The notes under the pieces were generated by a model. The model was given only the letters and a program-made list of their open reading frames with translations, searched no databases and was not told the DNA's origin. A stretch of DNA of 59,536 nt, the filler included. It is 5 parts of 5 records of this genome, joined end to end, with 100 filler letters (N's around TTAATTAATTAA, not from the genome) between each part and the next. Parts side by side here need not be neighbours in the genome. Positions count along the whole stretch, not along the records: positions 32,437 to 59,536 come from SRR20825019_1313; 4 more parts are not named here. One strand, given 5' to 3'. A program made the position numbers and the translations under genes. Numbering within the stretch: the first letter of the stretch is position 1; each line of letters starts with the position of its first letter. Shown in pieces: positions 51,186 through 59,536 of the stretch.

Positions 51186-53322
51186 ATGACACAGTCCATA
51201 GGTCCTGGGGAGACACCAAGTGCAGGGGCAATAACTGCAGAGGCAACGGTTTACTGTAGCCCCGATAAGTTCAGAAAGGCTCTTCGTGATCCCAAACTTG
51301 AGTGCAGAGTTGGTGATACCGCACTCCGGTCGCTGGCTGTAGCTGTCGCAAAGCGCATGTGCATATGCCTCCGGTGTGGCATGATGCCCTCAGCACTTGT
51401 AGGGAGTTCTGACGAGGATGCTGATGACAGCCGTGAAATGGCGGAGGCGATATCAACATTGCTGCCGTTTTGTGGGCTTGGATCTCGCTGCCAGTGCAAG
51501 AATAACGACCTTGAGTCCTCGACGGAAGAATCACTCTTACAGTTCCCTTATTCTTTGGCTTTGCTGGGATCATTGTTCGACGACAGTGTGAAAACAAAGT
51601 CTGCAGACCTTCGCTCTGTGCGTAACGACTTGTTGGCGGGACTAGTTAGAGAAGCAAGCGTCCACCTTGCTATGGGAAAGTCTGATCGGGAAAGTTTTTC
51701 ACTAGGGTGTCGTGCATTACTATCAATCCTTCTGGAGCTATATTTAACTTGGGATGACAGTCCGGGAAACGCAGAGAACTCATCGCAGCAGAGGAGTACA
51801 CATTGGATTGTGGCGATGGTAGTTTACTCGGCCTGGGATGAGAGCGCATCAGCAGCCATCGGAGGGGGCGGGATGTCTCACGCAGAAGGTTGGCACGCAT
51901 TGTTTGGGGCGTTTTGCTGCATGCTTCGTCGTGTACATCACCCTCAATTCCCGGGTAGCTGCCAAGCCGGCATTCGTGAAGATATCCTGGATGCCCTCAT
52001 GTGGCCTTACCGCAGCAAACCCGAAGGCGACGATGTTTTAAGGAGCGGCCGCGCCGCGCTCGCTGTTTTGGGCCGTGTAGAGGCTCTGGGCCCCTTGGAT
52101 GCTGCGCGTATGTGTGACGAATTTGGAAATATTATGGAGGCCCACCGCGACGAACCTGCTGAGGCCGTTGTGGCACACTGTTCTCATGGAGTCATTAGTA
52201 CATCCAGCACATACACTGACATCCTGCACATCTGCGCAGCGGCAGCGCAAGAATTGACATGCAGATCTCAAGTATCATCTCTCATTGTGTGCAGGTATAT
52301 TGTGCGCACGCTGTGTGTATCCAGATGGAGCTAAAGCTATGCACAGAGCATTTTCTCTTTCCTTGGAAGGGAGAAGGAGGCGCCGAAACGTTGATGTTAT
52401 CAATAGGGCATGTGAGGTTCTGACCTCGTTGGTGAACTTGGTTCCGAGCGAGGTATGGGGCAGAGTCGATGCGTTTCCGAACTAAAAGTTGCACAGGAGG
52501 CCGAGTTGCTGGTAGAGGAAAGCGAACTTTACTTTATGGACCAATCCATTCAATGGTTTGAGGATCTTGCTCAGCAAAGATTATTGCTGAGTGCTTTATT
52601 CGCACTATGGGAAGAGGACGAGTGCTCCAGCATCCGGAAACTTCTCCACTCTTTGCAGGTAATGAATATTGTGAAAGTTTTTATATCGTCCTAATTTTCT
52701 AATGAAGCTAATTGCCTCGGTATATATCACTCATCTGCAAGAGAGATATACCCACGCCGTTAGTCTTCCTAAAGTATTGCCCCTAAAGGAGATATTGTTT
52801 CGACAAGTAGGCCAGCTTGGGGAGGAATGCTCCCGATTGGTAGAAGAGGTAAAGAATTGTACGTTTCTATATCGCTGTGCTGATTGATTTCGCCTTCAGT
52901 TTATGTCAGGCTCACGGGATGTCCCTGCGGCGATCATTCAGGGTCTCAATACTAGAGGAATGTGCTCCTGGTGCGGAGGGGTGTATCATGGGTATTCCCA
53001 GCGAATCTTGCAGCATCGCTGGATTGGTGATGCACACGACGCGGTGGGGGCATTCATTCCTGTCATGCACAAAGTTTGCTCTGCATCATGTGCGAGAGCC
53101 GTGATGTCGGAAATACACTTGTCAGACTCAGCTTGTGCCAACTGCAAGAAGTTGACTCCACCCAACCAAACCATCCTGCGTTGCGGCAAATGCAAGATCA
53201 ACATTTACTGCTCAAAGGATTGCCAGCGTGACCACTGGGTGAAGCACAAAGCTAGCTGCGTACCCAAGAGCAAACAGTTTCTTGACGAGGTATGGCACAA
53301 AAAATCACCAATCTTTGAATAA
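51186..53322 (+). CDS. Multi-exon protein ending in a MYND-type zinc finger; exon structure uncertain
   Basis: CANC...LRCGKCKINIYCSKDCQRDHWVKHKASC in the last ORF. Upstream ORFs can be linked by short introns (e.g. 52453-52496, 52659-52707). Confidence 0.6.
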
Positions 53323-53405
53323 CCGTTGATTACCCACGTCACAGGTTCTCCGACTAGAGCCCAATAAGCTCGAGTTCCACACGTATACATCCGAGGACCA
53401 TTGAA

Positions 53406-54935
53406 TCACGATGTACAGGAAAGCTTCGCCTTTTTTCTTGGGTTGTCGTCCTCCACTACTGCAGACACATAACTCACGTTGTCCTTTGCGCACGCTTCTT
53501 CAGGGATACTATTGTCCGCCCTTCCCTTAATAGCGTTACGTAAAGAATGCAGCTCTCGTTCTCGTTCATCTATCTTGTTCCTAATGCTAGCTATATTCGC
53601 TTGTTGGGCCTTGAGAATGTTTAGCATTTCCTGGACTGTAGCGCTGCCATTCTCCTTGACACCATTCATTCCATTTTTCCTTGCACACGCCTGCAACTCC
53701 TCTTGGCTTTTCTTATAGGCGAATCCTTTGAGCCTTTCCAGTCCCGAGTGGAAAGCCCGTCCCAATTCCTCCCAAGGACCCGTGGTTGTCACAACACTCT
53801 TATTGCCTGACAAGAATATATCAAACTTCACCACCGTGGACTGGTTTCCCTTTTCAATCATCAGAGCCGAACTACTGATACTAGCATCTCCCAATGATTC
53901 CAATATCCCCTTGAAAATGTACACCTCGGTTCTGGCTCCCAAGTTCAACCGCACCATACCAATCCGCACAGAGTCCAACATGGTTTTTGGATGGACACGG
54001 TCATCAACAAGGTAGTCCATCGTGTTCAGGCCAGGTGCTACATTCTTCCCCATGTCAACGCTTACTCCATTCAGCCACTCACTCAGCCGCAACGTGACCA
54101 TTGCGATAGGATTCACCAAGCGGCACGTGGAAATATTAACGTTGCCCTCTAAGCGACAAGCCGACCCATCATCCACACACGTCGAACACTTCACATACCC
54201 TTCACTCATTACATCTTTGAAACGTGATGCTTTTGCCCTTTCGTGAACATATTCCCAAATTAATTGCCGAGCGTTAATGCCACTGTTTGCCACAGGGCTC
54301 GACAGGCACATTGGCCATCGCAGTAGATGTTGAATGAAGAGCAACGGAAGATCACTACTGAACACGCCACTACCGTTCACAAGAACTCCCCTTTGGGCCC
54401 CAATGAAAGCCTGCATATTCAACAACCCAGAACCCCCAGGGTAGAAGTAGAAGCAACACTGTGTCAGAGGGAGCAGCTCAGGCTGCCCTATGCTCACCGC
54501 CGACTCTGGAGCAGTATCCACTTCACGACTCCATAAAACGACTTTGTGCTTAGGTCCGCCACAAAGAAGTTGCTTGCGATTCATGGCACTACTGCGGTAT
54601 CTTCCGTCAGACGAAAGTAGGGACACCTCACATCTGGAGCTAGCCGAGCGCTTTCCATCCACCGAAAGGCTTTTTGCAAAAAGGTTCCATAAAGGAATCG
54701 AGTCTGGACAGGCAAACCACGACTCAGCGATATCGAGGGGCACACCAGGAACCTGCGCGGTTATACGAAGCACATCAAAAGCTTTCGTGGTGCACTGAGA
54801 CACCGCCACACCCAGTTCTAATTCACAATCCAAGCTGGCGATCCACTCTTGTTCCCCCTTCGCGATCCAGTCAAGGGCAATTTGAGCATCATCATCCTGA
54901 CAACTCATCACGGAACCAACTTCCGCGTCAGACAT
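53406..54935 (-). CDS. Hypothetical protein, possible START/SRPBCC-like domain, C-terminal coiled coil and NLS-like PRKKAK
   Basis: 509-aa ORF converging on the MYND gene. RITAQVPGVP....WF..PDSIPLWN only loosely resembles START. Confidence 0.6.
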   Translation of the reverse strand: MSDAEVGSVMSCQDDDAQIALDWIAKGEQEWIASLDCELELGVAVSQCTTKAFDVLRITAQVPGVPLDIAESWFACPDSIPLWNLFAKSLSVDGKRSASSRCEVSLLSSDGRYRSSAMNRKQLLCGGPKHKVVLWSREVDTAPESAVSIGQPELLPLTQCCFYFYPGGSGLLNMQAFIGAQRGVLVNGSGVFSSDLPLLFIQHLLRWPMCLSSPVANSGINARQLIWEYVHERAKASRFKDVMSEGYVKCSTCVDDGSACRLEGNVNISTCRLVNPIAMVTLRLSEWLNGVSVDMGKNVAPGLNTMDYLVDDRVHPKTMLDSVRIGMVRLNLGARTEVYIFKGILESLGDASISSSALMIEKGNQSTVVKFDIFLSGNKSVVTTTGPWEELGRAFHSGLERLKGFAYKKSQEELQACARKNGMNGVKENGSATVQEMLNILKAQQANIASIRNKIDERERELHSLRNAIKGRADNSIPEEACAKDNVSYVSAVVEDDNPRKKAKLSCTS

Positions 54936-55881
54936 ACTACTGGAACCTAAAACCTAAAATACTTTCTCTCTATGTTAGTTTTCTGATATCGAAGATCATA
55001 GTGTGGTTACCATATACTTGGAATGGTAGGCACCGGACCAAGAAGTCCTCTATGGGCATACAGGATCGGCTTCATCGACCACCTTAGCCATCGGCCCTGC
55101 TGAGCTAGTGGAGAATCACACCAGCCTCAGTTCTGCCTCTTGCTGCGTGCTGGGCCGGCGATCGCACATGTGACGTCCTACACTGACACGATTTGTGTGT
55201 GACGAGGTGTTGTGGTTGAGAGATTGAGACGGTTCTTATCGCCGTATGACGTCATCAACAGTTGCCACCAGTTCTCTTCCCTTCTCAGACGACATTTTTG
55301 GAGAGGTCTTCCGTGATCAAGGAGACTGAAATGTGCCGGATGACATCATCGATCGGTTCTCAGACTCGGTTCCCGTCTCAGCAACACGATTTAGCAAAAC
55401 TCGCAGAATTGATTATTCAGGAGCTCTCAAGATTTGTCAACAAGCTCACCCAGGCTCTCACAGGTCATGATCAACAGGTTTTTTTCGTAATCACCAGTTA
55501 CGACTACAATCTAAATTAGGAAATGAAGATTGACACGAAAAACTCTGGAGAGAGGTCTCCTGTTTTGTTGGATTGTCACAATGAGCTAGGTAGGATCGGC
55601 CAAGGTTCATGGATGCCCAGAGTGCAGTCTAATCTTTGACAGAGATGTCAATCGCGCCCGCAACATTGCGTTGCGGGTTTGTTGGGTGTGACCTTCGGTG
55701 GCCGCACGACCACCATTTCACGGAGTGTTCCTAGTGACACGCTGAATATACCTATACACATATCGTCTGTTTATGACAACAAAAATGAGCTCGACACCCA
55801 GTCCCAGTATCTCCGTGGAAGTTCCGAGTATAGATCATATAGAGAAGATACCAACGCATAGAAATCTAAGCAATGGCTTGT

Positions 55882-56856
55882 TTAAGAGGAAGAAGACGAG
55901 TCATCATTGGAGCTGACAGACTTGATAAGTTCGACAATCTTGAGTACGATAGGGACGCTCACATAAAGCAGCAGTACCTGTGGTTACATAAGCTTACAGA
56001 AAACATACCATCCCACTATCACCTACTGAGACCAGACAGACAATTATTGCAATGATCTGTTACGAATGTCTTGAAGTTAGATATGTCTCAGTGAAGTTGT
56101 CAAGCAATTACAGTACCTTGATATTACGCATCTTCATTTCTTTCTTAAGAGTATTGGAATTGTTTTGGAATGTTTGTGCAGCAGCGCTAAGATTCTCTGT
56201 CTTGTCATTAAGCGCCTCCAGGTTATCAGTATTATCCAGAATTTGGTCAATATTTTTCTTCATGGTCCCAGTAACCTCATCAACCTGGCCTTGTACTTGC
56301 GATATCATGTCAACCTGGGCATTCTGAGTTAAAAAGAAGCATGGCCTAAACTACCATGATCTTACGGTCTTCGGATCGTCGAATCGACGAAGCAGAGCTC
56401 CCAAAAAATCTTTAGACTTCCTGGTAAGCCCCCCTTCAGATATGCCAGATATGGCGCTGGGAGGGCCATTGTGGTGCTATTGGAAGAGTTATTCCCCAAT
56501 CACAGAATGCAATGAAGACCTAACCTGAAAGTCAGCTTGGAACTGCTCAAGGAGCGCCAGTTGATTACGACGGGCGTATGTGTCGCGCGTAACCACTGAA
56601 ACATATTAGCTTTCTTCTTATTGAAAGTCAAAAAAATCCTACCGAAAAAAACAAGCTCGCCCGTGCTATCCTTTTTGTAGGCAAGGTGACCGTGCTCGGT
56701 AGTAATGACAAGGACAGGAAGCTCCTTGATCTTTTCAGTGTTAAGAACTCGCCGAATAAGAGCGTCAAACACTGTGCCATCTGTTGCTGTGCACATACTG
56801 GCTAACACCACCCGATCCGCGACGCGCGCAGCGGCTAAGTAAAATATATTCGACAT
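55882..56856 (-). CDS. Longin R-SNARE (VAMP7-like), multi-exon
   Basis: Longin N-terminus IFYLAAARVADRVVLA; SNARE motif ISQVQGQVDEVTGTMKKNIDQILDNTDNLEALNDKTENL; spliced TM IIAIIVCLVS/VLLLYVSVPIV; stop at 55882-55884. Confidence 0.85.
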
Positions 56857-56939
56857 GTTCTCAATACCATCTTCACCAAATCAGACGAGTAGGGCATAAA
56901 TAATACAATGCATTTGACACACCACCAGCAAACAGAATG

Positions 56940-57910
56940 ATAGCGCCGCCGGCAGGCCGTCAGCGTACTCCGTGCCGAGTCACGGCGGCAAGACATGATG
57001 CCGGCAGCCGTGCCAACGCCGGTCTGAGTTCCTCACTCAGGAAGGTCCGGGTTGGCGGCCTTGGTCGGCCGCCGCCACCGCCAGTCCGGCACGTAGCCCG
57101 GCCGCGTGGCGCCGCCGGGGCCCGGGCCTGGACTCTCCGCCGCCCGGTGTCCCCGCCGTCCCGCGCCGTCTCCTCGGCTACGACCCACCCGGCCTGCTGG
57201 GCGCCAGGCGATGTCCCGTCCCGGCCGGCGATTTTCAACCTCTGCGTGCCCCACGGTCCGCCGGGCCAGCGCGGCCGGCTCCGGTCATTCGCACTCAGTG
57301 GCGCAGCCGTTCAGCCCGGGGCCACTTCAGGGCCGGTACGCTCCAGGCCGCGCCAGGCCCGGCCGCGCGCGCCGGTGACACATCCTCAAGTTGGACTCGA
57401 ATTCGAGGGTATTTTTATTTTAGTTCTTTCAGAGAGTTCTCTCTCTCCGAGGGCTCCGTTGAGGATCACGGTTCGGCAAAGACCATCATGCGGATGGCAG
57501 TCAGGTGCCTCTGATTGAGGCTGCTACGACGCTCGACCGCGCGCGGCCGCGCTCACGGTGGCCCAGCAAACACCCTGCCGAGAGCCCGGCCTGGGGAGCC
57601 GCGGCCCTGGCGGCCGGCTGTCGTGACCGCCGGGGTCGGGCGCGCCCGCGGCCGCGCGCGGCGGAGCCCGAGGCGCGGGAGGGTCGCTGGCGGCCAGGCC
57701 GCGTGTTTGACCGTACCGGCCGGGACGGGCGCCGGCCCCGGCCCGCCGGATTTTTGCCTGCTGGCCCGGGCGCGCGCTGCCGCCCAAGTGTGCCGGGGGC
57801 ACAAAGAAGCGCGGCCGGCGGACGCCGGCGGCAGCGGAAGTCCTCGCCCTGCCGGCCGTAACGACAACCTGGGCCATTCAGTTGCCGAGACCGCCGGCAG
57901 ACCTTAACCG
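56940..57910. promoter_or_regulatory. Double GC island between the two divergent SNARE genes
   Basis: GC blocks ~56940-57380 and ~57520-57910 separated by a T-rich spacer. Confidence 0.55.
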
Positions 57911-58129
57911 GGCCGCTACTCGCGTTGGGGATCGGAAGCGCTGGGTATACTATGCTAATACTATGGTGTGCGGCCGCTTGGGAGCATCTTGGTGCCCCGA
58001 CATAGTGGCGTGCCAGGGCAAAGTGTCCTCTGCCTCCCAGGTTTGGCTACTGTTGTAGAGACACAAGCGGGGCACCCTTCTTTTATATGTTCTCTCCACC
58101 TATGCACCTGCATTACAGGCCTCGAAACC

Positions 58130-59235
58130 ATGTCCACCCAGAACATCCTTTTCACTTGTGTTGCCCGCATCGCGGACAATACCATTCTCGCCAGCCATGC
58201 ATCCGGCGCTGCCAATCCTGAGCACCGCACCATTGTGGAGAAGGTGGTTAAGTCCGACCGCATCTCCGAGCACAAGCGCTTGGTAATCAACACCACTGAG
58301 AGCTCAACAAACGAGGCTCAGTCTCTTGGTTTCAAGCGTGACGACAACAATATGTGCCTCTACCTTGGTGAGTTCCTCGTGGCCCGGCAGTGTGCAGTGT
58401 CTTAGGGAGTTCTGCAGTGATTGTGCGCCGCGATTTCCCCCAGCGTATCATGCACAACTATTTGGACATGTTGGAGTCTCAGTTTATGGTAGTCTTCCTG
58501 ACGATCAAATCCTTCTCGTTTTGCTGACCAACAACTGCAGTCTAGCTTCGGCAGCAACAACCAGATTATGGTGGCTAGCCAGGATGGCTTGACCAAGTCT
58601 GCAAACAAGCTTATGAGTCGTCTGGCGAAGGAGTGGGATGATCCTGCCCGGGTATGGGATTGCCTGTTCTCCCCCCGACGTGTGGGCTGACGGTGATTTT
58701 TGTAGGTGGACAGCCTTGCCAAGGTGCACAAGCAAGTAGATGACGTGAAGGGTATTATGAACAACAACATTTCCACCGTAAGTCGACTTTGAGGAAGCTT
58801 TGATTTCTTCTTACAATTTCTTGGGCAGCTCATTGAAAATACCGAGAGGCTAGAGGGACTGCAGGACAAGACTGACGAAATGATGGGTGCTGCGGCCCAG
58901 TTTGAGGGAAACTCTAAGGCGCTGGCTAGCGCGCTGTGGTGGCAGAACAAGAAGATTCTTCTGGTGTGTGCTTCGTGGTTTGAATAGGATGAAGCCTTTA
59001 ACACTGTTCTCTCACAGATCATTTGCATTCTTGTGACCGTGATCATTCTCTTCATTTCGGTAAGTGTGCCGGTGTCACCCAAGGAAAGTCATAGACTGAT
59101 GTTTTTGTTGCCAGATCCCTATCATTATTGTGTACGAAGAGCGGTCATTCTTTGTGTTTTCTTATCTGACTTCTCTTTTTTCGCAGCATTGTCCAAGCCA
59201 TCCAGAAAGCCAGCGAGGAAAACAACGACTCCTGA
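58130..59235 (+). CDS. Longin R-SNARE (VAMP7-like) paralog, 8 coding exons
   Basis: Manual splicing gives MSTQNILFTCVARIADNTILA...FPQRI...LAKVHKQVDDVKGIMNNNIST/LIENTERLEGLQDKTDEM...LWWQNKK, then a TM helix; TGA at 59233-59235. Confidence 0.88.
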
Positions 59236-59312
59236 TCATAATGCTCTACGCTTCTACCAACATAAATAAAATAAACACACATACTTGTACACATGCGGCC
59301 TTTTTATTTCGA

Positions 59313-59536
59313 TTAGAGCAGACTTTCCTCGAGGTCAGGATTGAAAACAGGTTCGCGAGAAGTGGACCGCTTGTTCAATTGTGCAATAACGACAGCAACG
59401 ACCAAAACAACGCCAACAAAGCCTGCAACAACGCCAGCAATTGTCATGGCATTAAATCCGACAGAGGGAGCACTATTTTGCCCTTCAGTTGAGGGGCGAG
59501 CAGCCGCAAGCATGGCTGTGACCTGGGTCTTCTCCT
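59313..59536 (-). CDS. C-terminus of a single-pass membrane protein (partial)
   Basis: TM IAGVVAGFVGVVLVVAVVIA, basic stop-transfer KR, tail ending in an acidic dileucine DLEESLL; frame open to the window end. Confidence 0.65.
   Translation of the reverse strand, partial: EKTQVTAMLAAARPSTEGQNSAPSVGFNAMTIAGVVAGFVGVVLVVAVVIAQLNKRSTSREPVFNPDLEESLL

Overview
This window is not one locus. It is five unrelated contigs joined by artificial 100-bp linkers (44 N + TTAATTAATTAA + 44 N at 8881-8980, 14766-14865, 22037-22136, 32337-32436). (1) 1-8880 is a GC-rich Rhodobacteraceae-type contig: pyrE/pyrC, a translationally coupled five-gene glycan-modification operon (3 GT-A glycosyltransferases, an FkbM-type methyltransferase, a sulfotransferase) and a partial CoxD/MoxR ATPase. 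(2) 8981-14765 is an AT-rich Flavobacteriaceae-type contig: beta-barrel, DUF4270-like and kelch lipoproteins, a LytS/LytTR pair, two gene remnants and a partial porin. (3) 14866-22036 and (5) 32437-59536 come from a gene-dense microbial eukaryote with ~42-65 nt GT-AG introns and extremely GC-rich islands upstream of most genes. They encode CDK11-like, AP-3 beta, a 2OG oxygenase, an MFS transporter, a MYND protein, a giant coiled-coil/GAR protein, two Asn-zero-layer longin R-SNAREs, and two intronless ~1250-aa secreted orphan proteins sharing an HxLQ motif after the signal peptide. (4) 22137-32336 is a second Flavobacteriaceae-type contig with a candidate nucleic-acid-scavenging locus (EEP nuclease, two TonB receptors, DUF5689-like/LTD lipoprotein). 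One of its receptors appears to have lost its plug by an in-frame deletion. All family and taxon assignments are by-eye motif recognition; no searches were run.
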